Of a stretch of DNA of 64,000 bases, positions 35,271 through 48,139 are shown piece by piece (positions within the stretch are counted from its first letter, which is position 1; each line of letters begins with the position of its first letter). A program made the position numbers and the translations under genes. This DNA is from Lepidodermella squamata. Its lineage: Eukaryota > Animalia > Gastrotricha. The stretch is from contig JBLDXI010000034.1 in assembly GCA_047495785.1 (NCBI GenBank), positions 1,054,001 to 1,118,000 of the forward strand. The letters are read 5' to 3'. The notes below the pieces were generated by a model, which saw only the letters and a list, made by a program, of their open reading frames with translations, did no database searches and had not been told where the DNA came from.

Positions 35271-38200
35271 TCACTGAGGCAATTGCTCGCACAGGCCGTG
35301 GTATGTGAGGTAGCAGAAGGATCGTTGAAGGGAACCATTAGAAAGAACAACACCTATGAAGCAAGACAAAAATATAAGCAACTAGCAGTGATTTGTGACT
35401 TTTGCATTGCTAACACATTGAACTGTCTCTTGCATTGCCGGCTAAATTGAACAGTGACCGGTTGAATGGCTCGCCTGATATCCATCTGTAATCATACACG
35501 TTCCGCCACTTCGCCCCAACGTATGCAGAACGGGCTAAGGCATGTGCAGCTTTGGCTGTCGCCTGGTCCTTGATAGAAAGCAGTGTCAATCCGAGGCCAG
35601 CGCAATAATCTTCCATGGCAACGCGTGTGCCTGAAGATGGGGAGGCTAAAATGTTGGCCGTTGACTAAAAACATTATTGTAATAATTGGCCATATATAAA
35701 GCATGCCATACTTACATTGCCACACAGACACCTCGTGACAGCCTTGCAAGTCGTATCCGACAGGATTCCGACTTCATCTGATGTCATCGCGCCTGTAAGC
35801 GGTAATTGATATTTAAATTCTAATTAGAGGTCACAACTTTGGTTTTTCGCGACGTCGGTAGACGTTGCTATCTAACATAGATGACAACAAACCGGAAAAG
35901 TATGATTACGACTGTCAGCATTCGGCCTTTGACAGTTGACGGGGAACTCTCCGGTATTTAAGCGGGCACTCATATCCTCCTTGACTTACGTACCGAACGA
36001 AAGACGGAACACGCTCGACGACAACGAAGAGTTCCCCTTCATATCATTACCGCCGTTGAATAACCGGATTTAGGCTTGTTTACATCCATTTGAAAAGAGT
36101 AGGTGACAAGTAAAACGTCTTTTGTTTTTGCCGCTTCATTTGCGTTGAAAAAGCCGCTTTTTACTGGTCACCCGTGACCTTAAAACGGAGGTAAAAAAGC
36201 CTAAATCCGAGTTATTCAATGCAAAGAAATGCTAGAAATGCAAGAAATGCATGGCCATCTACGGATTGTGTGTCACTGGGTTTGTGATCAATGCGATAAA
36301 AAGTGCAAAATAACTAACACGGGCCACTGTTTGCCAGGTAGACCGTCACGTTGATGACGGGGGTACCATCCTCCCACGTAAAATCCGGAATCAGTCCCAC
36401 ATGGGCCGTAGTGACATTGGCGGCATTAGCAAACAGCGCGGCTTCTGCTAGATCGGCGGGCGATGAAAACGTCGCTAAACGGCCGCCTTCGATGTTGCAC
36501 TGTAAACGCTGGTCATAATAATTACCGGGTCGATTGGATATGAAATAACGCGGTTTAGAATCAATCATGCACGATGCGTAGTTCTCAGAGAACTTCTTCG
36601 ACCCAGAATATGTTTTCACCTGAAATTAAATTACATCTGAGAAAGAGAATATAAGCCTGAATTCGATGCTCACCCAAGTTGAACCACCAGGGCAAATGTT
36701 GTAGCATCTCCTGCCATTTAGTGTATCGCATTGAGAAACATACTAAAAAAAAAAGAGATTTATATATCAATGATACTCGAGCTTATTGATCAGTCCCTAT
36801 AAAGGTTTTGATACCGTGAGGTTCGGCATATGTTAATTTTAATGAATGAATGAAAATAAAATGAATGAATGAAAAAACAGCTCTCTTACCCCTGATAGAC
36901 AGTTAGCTTTGTTCCTATAGACGCCAGTTGAAAACTCGTCGGTTTCATTGGCGATGCAACGCGAGGTGCTCAATCGGCAGGCGGTGAATTCTCGAGTGAC
37001 AGCGTTGAAGCAGCGGATGTGCGGCTTCACAGAATCAGCGACATCGCCTATATAAACAAACAAAATAAAACGCCAAAATCTGTCAGAATTCCTGATTCTT
37101 ATGATATGTTCTAATATCCGAATACATTGAAACATTTCATGAAAACGGTACGGCATAAAGATACAAGGATTGACCAACCCCAATCTTTACCCAGGACGAA
37201 CCCCATTGGAATTTGGTAGAATTTTCCTCATTTTGGAGTGATTCGAGTGATTTTCGAATAAACCGTCAATCCAAGTGACAGTTGTCTGCTATGAATCTTG
37301 TATCTTTTTTGTTAAAGTTTCAAATTTTATCACATTTCTTGTTTGAAAAATTAGATTTCAAGGTATGCCGTTGCGGGAGATTGCAAGAACTGCATAAGTA
37401 GAATCCAGTAGGAAGGAAGTAGGTCAAAAAATAATGCAAAGCCGAATTCAACTCACTGCTGGCGCTTTTCAGGCAGGCGTCCAAGCTCGAAAATCCAGTC
37501 TTATTTTTACTCTGGATAAGCGTAAATAAAATGGATAACTTAGATAGAAATAGTTTTATACTCACCCCGCTCGGGCAAGAAAATTCGCTGGGCACACAAG
37601 TGAGAAACTGCTGATCAACACACGAGTCGAATTTACGGTTCTGTAAATAAAGCAATATTGATATTCTGGAAAAAATTATTAATGGCGAAGAATTATCAAC
37701 CGCGAATGAGTTCAAGTCGATGACACAAGCCGCCAAATTAGTTTTGAACGGGAATGCGCCGTTGTAGGGTCCGCCGACCTTGAATTTATTGAAACAGAAA
37801 TAGAAAAATTCAGAAAATTGAAATAAGTCATGCCAGTGATTTTTTAGCAAACAATTCCGGTTTTTACATCCCAACACCAAATAAATGGAAAAATAGTTAA
37901 GATCTAATTTTCCGATTTTTTTTAGTGAGCTGTTCTGCTGACAAAGCTGACAAAGTTGACAAATTTGAGAAATTTAGTTCATCCATATTGAGAATTTTGT
38001 CTATCCGGCGATATAACATTTGTCGGTTAAATAATTTATTTCAATTTTCCGGTTTTTCTGGGCTCCTCAAATTATTTATGTCCAAGAACTTCTTTGAACC
38101 AAGCAACGCTTCAAGAGAAGTCAAAGTCCATGTAGCAAAGCCGAAAATAGTCGGAAATAATCGGAAATAAATTAATTAAAGGACAAATTTTATATCGCCG

Positions 38201-38783
38201 GATAGACACAATTCTCAATATGAATGAGCTAATTTTTTCAAAGTTTTCAACAAATTACCGGACAAGCCAACCGTGGCAGAGGAATGGCAAAATCACCAAA
38301 TCACCAAATATCACCAATTTCATGATTATTTATTGAAAGCCAATTTCACAAACCCGACAGATGAAAAAGAGCGACATATCGATGATTCAGGAACTAACCA
38401 TGACTTCAGTTGTTTTGCCACATCCAGGGTTTCCTGGCCGACATGTTGCTGCATAGGTATCGAATTTGTAGCACAGTCTAGCAGTCTATTTGGGTAAAAC
38501 ATATAAAAGCCGAATCGCTTAATTATAAAATCTCACAGCTTTCAAACAACTGCTTGCATCAGGAAGGCTGCTTCCGACCTTTCAAAGGAACAAAGAAATC
38601 AGATAGGCTATCAATCTATTCCGAACTAACTTGATACTCGGGGAATTGCTGGCAGCCGGTCGGCAGGTCGCGGCAATCGGTGAATTTGTCATCGAATTGA
38701 GAGAAGCAGCGAGCCCAATCGCCGCAAAGCACCGGTTTCACAACGGCTAGGCATATAACAGTTATCACAAATGTTTGCAGCAT
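35271..38783 (-). CDS. secreted protein: ~5 short 4-Cys repeats + two C-type lectin-like domains (~12 exons)
   Basis: Exon 1 (38783-38631) MLQTFVITVICLAVVKPVLCG is a signal peptide. CTL motifs CNIEGGRLATF..AHVGL..FTWEDGT and CAGLGLTLLSI..AYVGA..YRWISGEP. Last exon ends GLCEQLPQ*. Confidence 0.72.
37930..38255. mobile_element. intronic foldback MITE
   Basis: Inverted pair CATATTGAGAATTTTGTCTATCCGGCGATATAA (~37984) and TTATATCGCCGGATAGACACAATTCTCAATATG (~38190). Confidence 0.7.
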
Positions 38784-39405
38784 TTTGGTTTGCCAGAGAA
38801 AAAATATATCTAAACGCTTGAGATTTTAAAATTTGAAATGTGAATGATTATAAAAATAAGAAAAAACAGAAATGTATAACACCAGCACCGCACGTGCATC
38901 CGATGGCGTCGTAAGACTTCACGGACTAGAAAAGTAGCTGTTTTTCTCGCTGGTATTTTTTAAAACGCATTTTAAAGCTGAAAAACAACCCCGTATAGCT
39001 TGTGCCATTTGTTGGCTGTTGCCGTGCCCTCAAAACCAGACACGTTTTTACATGAATTCTCGATTGATTCAAAACAAGAATAAATTCAATTTTATTCGAC
39101 CTATTTTTTTCCGACATGAAAGTGCCTTGAACATGCCGATTTTTTGAAAAACATTGCAAGTATATTTCGTGTTCATTTCACGATTTATTCGTCCTTTTCT
39201 CATCCTTTTCTCATCAGGATAATCAGTAATCAGCAGCAATTGACTAGCAGTTATGAGATGCGACGGCTTTTCATAACGGGGAATCAAACGTCAATGAAAC
39301 ATGTTATTATTTAAACAACAATATTTGATGCAATCGAAAATGCAGTTTTGTTGCTTTACTGCGCCAGTGAATGAAAATTCATTAGATCGCATTATAGATC
39401 CAATA

Positions 39406-42359
39406 ACGTAAGCTGGTCTAATTTCGGACGGGGTAACTTCGGACACTTATGACTTTGAAATTAAATTCCTCCACAACCCGGGCGAATATGGAGGCCGTTC
39501 AAAATGCCGAAGATAGCCCTGAGTCTTGTCTTTCAAGTGACACCTGAAACATCAAAAACGGATATGTATGCGAGGAATGGCCCAACTTCTTCGCATGCAT
39601 GTCCCGCGACCCAAAATTGCTAACTTTTCACCAAGTAGGAATTTTTTGGTGGAAAGAAGCGGAAAAGATAGAGCGCCATCGATTTAGAAATGCTGTTATG
39701 TTCAAACCGTTTTTAAACGAAAATTTTGATCAGGAAATGCTTTAGAAAACCCATTTTGTCCCGGCTAATTTCGGACAGCTTCAAACTACAAAGAATTTAA
39801 AATGATGCCAATCGACCTTGACATTTTTTAAATTCCATATCTCAGTGAGAACAGCACCAGCTGCGTTGGGAGCAGTATGGTAGCAAATGATAAACTATCA
39901 ACTATCGAATCTTCACACAACAATCGGGGTCGGAGTTTTGTGGAAAAATAATAATATAATTAAAAAATAAAAATTTCTGAAAGCTCAGAATTTATTCCGG
40001 TTTATAATAAAAGAGAAAACCCGTTTTGAAGTCTTGCGGTTTGCGAGATCGCTGCGGTTGACGACTTGTGAGCTTTGCCTAAGGTGTGTTCTTTCTAACC
40101 TGTAACCTGTCCTCTTGGTTTGTGTTGGGCCTCGCCGAGTTTTATTTGCTTGCTATTTACTAGAAAGCATGTCGATTGGCACAAGCTGTTGCAGTATCTC
40201 TTTTAGCTTATTAAAACATGACACTCAGAACTCAGAATGCTTACTTGTCCATTCACCGGTCTCAAAACGTTTCAACAATAAGTCAAGCAGACTTGTGTAT
40301 TCTATTGATGTTTCTTATTTACATGATTTATTTTGGAGTCAGAGTCTGTTAGCCCTTTCTAGGCAATGACTTCCATTTGGCAGTTTGTTTTTATGCTTTA
40401 CGTTTACTTCAAGCGCCAGCTGATAATGCAAAATGGCATTTGTTTTCTTGTGTCGAGGGATTTATCACTCATTTATGAAGTTAATGTTGTTCCTAGAAGT
40501 TATTCACTTGGTAAAATAGAATACTGTGTGTTCTCGGTACACCTGTCTTCCCGTTGCAATGCTGAGAGCAATTTTCGCGATTTTGCAGATTGCTTAAAAT
40601 CACAAGAAGTTATGGTTGAGCAAGTCACGAAATCTGGCAGCCAGAAACCTAATAAATGCCTCCGAGACTACATTATTTCGATTTCATTTGCCAATGTGCA
40701 AGCAGCCATCATTCCTGATGGCTAGACATTACTGCCATCAACTCAATCTACTCTACGATTTGAGGAAATTACGGTCGAGCCTAAGAAATCTCTGTTGAAT
40801 CGAATCTTGGTGCGATTACACGAATTCGAAAGAAATGCAAGCTGATTGTAAAGTTCAAAGCGCAGTTATGGATTACTGGCATAGCTGACCAGTTCATCTA
40901 ATGAAATTCAGCTCAATAGTCGGACGATCTAGGGAGCGAACGTTAATGTGTTTCTCAAAATACATATTCCAGCCATCGCTTATTCCGTTCATTCGTGCTC
41001 TGTGTTCAACGCCTAGATCTATTTGCATCTGTTGCTGTCATGAATTAGGCAGGCTTGAATGAATGAAGACATCTATTCTTCCTTCCTGCTATGGCTGTAA
41101 CTCATGATCATTGGAGTCTTCTGAAATTCATCACTGTCAGTGATCAGTGATCAATGTTTCGCGCCTCCTTTGGTGGTCGCATCGTCAATCATTTGTAAAG
41201 AAAATGCTGTTGACAAACTGGAAGCCCAAGATCGTGTCCAGATCCAGGAATTTCTCGCGATTTTAGGCAACAATTCTCGATTTTTTCTTTTGGCCGGCAT
41301 CTGTGAAGTTAACAAGATCTGCAAATCACTGGACGTTGATCGCTGATAAGAAAATGAAGTTTGCTTTCAAAGGATCGTCCTGCAAGAAAGCTGACTATTA
41401 TGAACTAATCTCGGTGCATCCGATTTTTTATTCAATTTTACTGATTATTATTGATGCTTATTGATTACGGTTATGATTACGAATGCCATGTAACTGAGCA
41501 ATCATCACATTGTGACGCTTTGAGTTGTTGGTACGCATAACAGTTGAGCATTAAGCAATAAAAGAACATCCTTTTTGAACTGAAGCCGAGTAGTGTTGTT
41601 TTATTACTGACGAAAACCATTTGTGAAAGCAGCAGAAAGCCAGCCGCAGAGCCGAGACTTCGCATAATTGTTTCATGATCTCTTGCTGCAAATGACCGAG
41701 AAAGAGTTGCTATATGAACTTTAAGCCTTTCCCTAGTCTCGGTAAATCATAGTGAGCGTTCAAGTAAACAATCCGGGACCCATCCGCCCCGCCGCCGCCC
41801 AGCTTAAAAAAATAAATAAACAACCACGCGTTCCCTTGACAACACTGCGACAACACTAGCCAGAAATTTCATTTTCGAAAACGGCAACGCTAGCAGGGGT
41901 TTATTTATTGGATTTAAATTTATTATTGAATGTTAATAATGATTTTTAATATTAAAAATTCGACCTTGAAATCCTGAATTGTGTCGATCCAGAGCTACCA
42001 TACTGAGCACAATTCACGATCGAGGGTTCGAATCCCTCTCATGCTTTTTCTTGTTTTTTTTTAATTTTTTTTACTTTAAATCTGCTCACAAATTTTATTT
42101 CGCTTTAATGCGAACTTTGGCCCCAATCTAAATATTCACACTGAGCTGTCCGAAATTACCCCAGTCGTGTCCGAAGTTAGCCGGACCAGTTTTCCTTCAA
42201 TACCTGTACGGGAAAAATTATTTTTTACCGGAGTTGATACTAGAATATGCAGTTTTTTCAAGGCGCATCTTTTGACATAAAGCCCGTCAAAAAATTCGTT
42301 CACCTCGAAAAACTAAGCCCCAAAAACACGTTTTTGTCCGAAGTAAGACCAGCTTACGG
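39406..42359. mobile_element. decayed Tc1/mariner-pogo-type element, ~2.95 kb
   Basis: TIR CGTAAGCTGGTCT(A/T)A(T/C)TTCGGAC with TA flanks and subterminal TTCGGAC repeats. Only weak traces of a decayed DDE coding region on the minus strand. Confidence 0.7.
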
Positions 42360-42916
42360 TATTTTGTCGAAAGTGAGCCCAGGTCATATAATGATTTGGA
42401 GCAGATAACTATGAACTATGAGATTGGTCTCAAAAACCAGGATAGAATCGGACTGACGCAAACATGCGTAGTGTAATTGAAATCATAATGAGTTTTTGAT
42501 ATGGCCAACTGATGTTGTTGGCATACAGCAAGATCACGTTTCAAAATGGTTGCCCATATGTTCACAAGCGAATGAACATGACGTTATTCACCATGCATTT
42601 ATCAATCTGGCCATATCGATATCTTTCAGAATCATTGATTATATGGAATAATACCTATATTTATCCACAAATTTTGTGCTAGTAGCTCACTTGCATATAC
42701 ATAAACATGTTTCGATACATGCCCGAACACTCGATTGTATTTGTATGTATTTTAATGTCATTTTCTACAGTCTAAAGTCATTGAAGTTGCCACTCGCCAG
42801 AGTCAAAGGAAGCATACATTTGGAATGTTGAGATTGAATAGCTGGTTTATTTATGCTGCCCCAACACTGCTATATTGTGTGGTCCATCTAATTGTGTGGC
42901 TTTGTATCGTAGAAAT

Positions 42917-43578
42917 ATGGCTAATATGATCAGCAGCCTGCCTTATGAAATCAAGCCAAAAATAGTTCTTCTCCTTCCGAACCGAGTCATTTTCATCAAT
43001 TGTTCATTGGTTTGCAAACGGTATTTTCTGATCGTTTCACATCTGATCAATTCTTCTAATCGAATTTTACACGTTTTCAGCTGGCTTTCAGTGATAAGGT
43101 CCGAGACTTTTTGGCGAGATTGGTTAGCCCGTGACTTCAAGACAAGCGATACTTCTAAAATTGGTGGGTCGCGCGAAGAGATCATCAGCTTGCTCAGATG
43201 GGACGTTGAATTACACCCTACGTTGGTCGCAAAAGTGTGCAAATTATGCTAGTTAGTTGTTTCTGCTAATTCTTACGTCGCTGTTTACAGGCAAAACCCC
43301 TTGGCTTGAAACTCGGAATATGCTGTTCAAACTGGTCAAGGAATACGTATTACTCGGTACTAAATAACAGCAACGTCCGCGTGCCTCTTGGCGGTGGTAT
43401 AGATAACTTGTGGGCGGTAATCGACCTGGATCAGGTTGGCCGTCTTTACTCGGAAGAAGGCGAGTTCAGGCATATTCTCACTACTCCGACCCGAGCTGTA
43501 GAACTTCAAAAACTGAAGGTGAACAAGATTGCTTGGATTATTAATTCGATTTTGACAGTTAAAATGGGGTTAGTCTAA
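42917..43578 (+). CDS. F-box protein (exons 42917-43020, 43081-43234, 43291-~43578)
   Basis: The spliced product ISSLPYEIKPKIVLLLP...NCSLVCKRWLSVIRSETFW matches the F-box consensus. Introns are 60 and 56 bp. Confidence 0.72.
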
Positions 43579-43612
43579 CGGCCGAATTTCAAAAATGAAT
43601 CTATATTTTCCG

Positions 43613-43980
43613 ATGTCCGACACTGAGTCCGCCATTCAAATGGTCTTGGATCAAAATAGAGAGCAATTAACTGCTTTAGTAGAATCTGGAACAGTGGCAG
43701 TAAACGGATTTCGCAAAAAGCGGCCTCTAATATTTGCAGCTGGACTTGGCGACAGTGAAATTTTGCTTCAACTGCTTCGACACGGCGCCAATCCGAACCT
43801 GAAAGACATTGCTGGAAATTCACCATTAACAGCGGCTATCGAAGCCGGTATGTTGAATAACGCAAAGATCTTGCTTGATAACGGCGCCTCGATAAATAAT
43901 GACTGGAAACCTGTCCTTGATATAGCTCTTGTCAAGGGTAATATCGAGGCCATTGACTTGCTCATACAATACCGCGCCGA
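43613..43980 (+). pseudogene. truncated ankyrin-repeat paralog of 27237-28703
   Basis: Homology ends abruptly after LLIQY.A at about 43980. Confidence 0.75.
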
Positions 43981-45058
43981 AATCGCTGAGTTGTTAACGG
44001 TTTTCACAACATTTGTTAATGGGTGGTTTTTACCGGTTTTTACCAAGTGTTTATTTTTGTCCGTTTTTTCAACCGAGAAATCCCGCCTTCTTCATCAATA
44101 GTATCTGGACTGGGAAGATCTTATAAGCAGCGAATTATTGAGAGAATGACGAATGACGAAGATTTTTTGGACCATTGCTTAATTGAGTAAATAAGATGAA
44201 ATTATTTGCTGAAATCTTTGATTATTTTTAGGTCGGTGTTTCGAAGTAGTAAGTCGTTGAAAAATTTTGAGCGAATGACTTGACCCACGCTCAAAAAATT
44301 TTCAGTCGCTTCAGCGATTTATGGAAAATTTCATAACAAAGGCTGTCAACCGCGAGTTTTCGGAAAAATGAGGCATTTCGATTGTAGTTTCAAAAAATGT
44401 TGACTACCAGCTGACAATTCATAGCATAATAACGGGCGATAGCACAAACAAATCAGGCGAGAGTCCTCTATCGAACATTGTCCAAAACTCCAAGAATTTG
44501 AAAAATAGAAGGTCACAACTTTCACATACATTTCTTGACAACACTGTATCGCTAACCAGCACTGACGCGAGCTGAATCCAGACACACTGTCGCAACTTTT
44601 GAGGCTAAGCTGACAGACTGATCACGGTTTTCGAATTTATTAGCTCTTCTTATCAAATAAGTCGGCGAGTTGACGTAGTTGCCTAACACCTTACAACACA
44701 GTGAATGAGCTTCAAGAAACCTTATGATGGCAATTACCACTTCAGTCTTCAGTCAAATCAACACAACTGTAATCACGTAGCTCGTACTGAATACTGAACT
44801 CAATGACTACTTATAAGAGGGAGGGCGCTTGAAGCACTGCATTACCTTGCAAATGACTATCGTGAATCGCGAGTCCACAACTTTATTGACATATTTTCCT
44901 AATAAATCACATTTCAATGAGCACTCATTTTGCAGGATGGTAAAAATATGTTTGTTAAGGTCAATATAGTTTTTGAGAATTATGGTTTCAATATGTTCAC
45001 AGTTTCTAATTTTTCCCATTCAACTTTCTTTCAACATTGAATGCTTTTTTAGGTTTCA

Positions 45059-46258
45059 ATGAATAATCCTCCACAAAACTACCCCGTTGCTGTGATCATC
45101 AACAGCGGATGGTTGTTAGCCAATTTTACCGAGCAAGGCTACGGCCATGCAAAAGAGTATTACGTAGGCTATGCCCATGATCTGACTTCAAAAAGCATGG
45201 CAGACCGACTAGGGTTCCCAATCGCATCTGGCCTGTTAACTCTTGCCCTGATACCAACCTGCATCTTCAATTTGATGACATTATATCGACGCAAAGTGAA
45301 ACGTGATTTTCTAATGCTTGCAACCTTCCTCCATATTCGAAGCATCCTATTCGCCGTCAATACAACACTGATATTCATCGCCCCCGTTCAAAATGGAGGC
45401 TGGGACTCACCTGAATGGACCTGTGGCTTAAGCTTCGTCTTAGCTTGGCTAACAGGAATATACGGAGGCCACATTGAATCTTTGATATCCTATGAACGTC
45501 GGCTATGTTTGTCCTCAAAATCGATTAATTACAGAACTAATAGAGCGAAAATCATAGCTGTAGCTCTGGCTCAGCTGATTTCATGTATTCTGATGAGCTT
45601 AGCACTACAGATATGGCCCATCAATACCGTGAGTGTTAGAAAACTTATAGTTGAAGGTTTCAACAGCAATCAACCAACAGCTATATGTTCCTCCTGGGAT
45701 TTCAACTTCATCAACGATTTTGACACATCATTTCTAATGTGTCTCTACTACACTTTGAATTACAGTTTTTCGAGCTCATTCCTCGGCTACAATTACTGGC
45801 TAGCTTTTAAAAGCATTTCCACGTTTCGAACTAGAACCGCTACGAATAATACAACGTCGAGAGATGCTTCGCCTCAGACCGCAATCTTTCGAGATGGGAA
45901 GCGCCGTGAAATTTACTTGATGAAGCTATCTATTCTCTTGTTTGTAGTTTATATAATCACCTTCCTGCCGGCCTTCTGGTCTACGTAAGCTGAATTTTTG
46001 GTCTAATTTAATGACAATTTATTGATATTTCAATCAAGGTTTGCGGCAGCTACCTGGAGACTCGGATCGTATAAAATTGAGATGACATGGGTTCGGAAAT
46101 TGGCATTTTGCTTTATCATTTCTGGCTCACTTCTATCAGCAATCTTGCAGTCGTTATCGCCGGATTACCTTGAAGCTTGGTTTAATACATTTGGAAAATG
46201 GTGGAATAACAAGCGAGGCACAACATCTAGGATAAATGTTTTGCCCGCAGTTGCTTGA
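45059..46258 (+). CDS. orphan rhodopsin-like GPCR, copy B (exons 45059-45984, 46039-46258)
   Basis: Paralog of 30306-31512 with the same intron position (54 bp). Confidence 0.82.
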
Positions 46259-46536
46259 TGAAAGATTGGGCACATCGGAATTTGAGAAAAATCATATTAT
46301 TGCCAAACAAATATGTGGTATTTCTCAACGATCTGCGTGGCGATAAATTACAAACCCTTAGATACATCGTAAATACAGTTGTTTTTTATTCTCATGCACT
46401 TGAACCCTTATTTTACTACTCAATCACTGTTTACTCAATCGATCACCGCCGGTGTTTGGGCTACAATCTCAGATACAATGTTGCATAGCATAATTAATCT
46501 CTATGAACCACTCGAGTGCATAAGCGAATTTGGAGA

Positions 46537-47620
46537 ATGTTCGTCGGGTATCAGTTCCTTTCCCATCAGCTATTTGAAGAGGTATCCCATTTAAACAATT
46601 TCAAACATTTACGCAAATTGTCTTTATCAGGCCCTGACAAACGCGGCGGTAGTTTGCTCGAAAAATGACGGAGGCATAGTTCGAACTATTCTAGAGCCGA
46701 TCAAAACCGACTACGGAGAGAAGATCTATGAAATAGTCACGTCAAACAGTTTTCTAGCCTCTCTACTACTGAAGCACATCGATGTCGAGAAACACTTGCT
46801 CGACGCAACATCTGGCTCTGAAATTCTTGAATTTTCCCGAAAATTCGGCAATGGAAAACTGTTTCATCTACCATGCTATCAACACGCTAGCAGTAAGTAT
46901 GAAGCTGTCAAAATTCCAGAGGAATTAGGGACGATTTTTGAGGCGCTATGCTACAGCGTATTCATGGACATCTGCCTCAGGCTCGACAAAGGCGAAATGG
47001 TATGGACCGAGGAAAATCACACTTTATTCAAAGAAAGGCCGAGATGGGCTCTTTTTTGCAACAGGCTACTATTGGAGGTAGCTGGTAAGTTTAGGATAAA
47101 TTCATGTCACAAAACCTAATTTTTTTGTCTCGTAGCCTTCTGTGAGCAATATCAGTGGCTGGATGACGCTGTTTCCTTAGCCCGAGAACTCAATGAAAAT
47201 ACCTTCATTGAAATCGAACAGGCTCTTCAAAACAGCGTAATTTTCGATGGAATCCAATGCTTGGGGTCCACAGTTGAAGATCGAGTGATAGCCTACAGCG
47301 TTGCGATGTTCGAATCCCGAGCTGGAAAAAACTGGCCATTTCTCGTGGACCTAACGCCACCTACAGTTAACCCAAAGTCAGAGGAAAAGCCAGTAGATGG
47401 TCTCCGGCGTCGAAAGAATAACAACGAGGCTGAAACTAAGAAAGTCGAGCTCGTTGTCAAAAGTGAAGTCATCCCAGGGGAGAAATTCGAGCGGCCAGCT
47501 ATATTGCAACGATCGTTTTTCCAAATTTTACTCTTAGCATCTCTGTTTTGCGCAGTTTATGTCTTGTCAGTTACTCTTCGAGCCAAAGTGGAAGTCATAG
47601 CTAAGGAACTGTTGCAATAA
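46537..47620 (+). CDS. unknown protein with a C-terminal transmembrane anchor (exons 46537-46581, 46631-47084, 47136-47620)
   Basis: 49- and 51-bp introns join ORF-track fragments in frame. Hydrophobic FFQILLLASLFCAVYVLSVTL near the C-terminus. Start codon uncertain. Confidence 0.6.
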
Positions 47621-48139
47621 ACAATAAAAATCAATCAAAGTTAAAACTGAATCATCGATTGCTGGAGGGCAAATGAACTACTTGGCATTCATAAAAGCAC
47701 CACTGTACCGTTTAATCAATCTAATGCGTCTTGGAGATGCGCTGTATAAGTAACTGCTATGGTCTAGACGTTCTCTTTAACCTACGTTCCTATGAAAAAA
47801 CGAACGTCTGAGCTCAGGAAAATGTGGAAATTCTTGACTAGAACACGATTGCACTATGCAATTTTCTTGATGAAATCAGCAATTTCTATGGCATGTACTG
47901 ATTAGCAGTATGAAGGACTGTTAAAGCTCGCTGGAACTCATTAATTCATACTCGGATCGATCGCTATGTACATAGGGGTAGTATGTACACTTCGAGCTAG
48001 TAAGGAAGAAATACGCACGACCTTTGGCGGATTAGATTTGTCTTCAGATTCAAGTCTACATTTGTCGTAGTTCATATCTCCAAGTTCAAAGTCAATCTAC
48101 TTATTTTCCTACATTTTGAAGCAATTTTCAAAAAGTTGA

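Noticed and set aside
40115-41665. Short ORFs as host genes
   Set aside because: They lie within a TIR-bounded decayed element, with no coherent splice model or domain.
41985-42045. tRNA gene (GGTTCGAATCCC)
   Set aside because: Isolated B-box hairpin inside a decayed DNA transposon; no cloverleaf.
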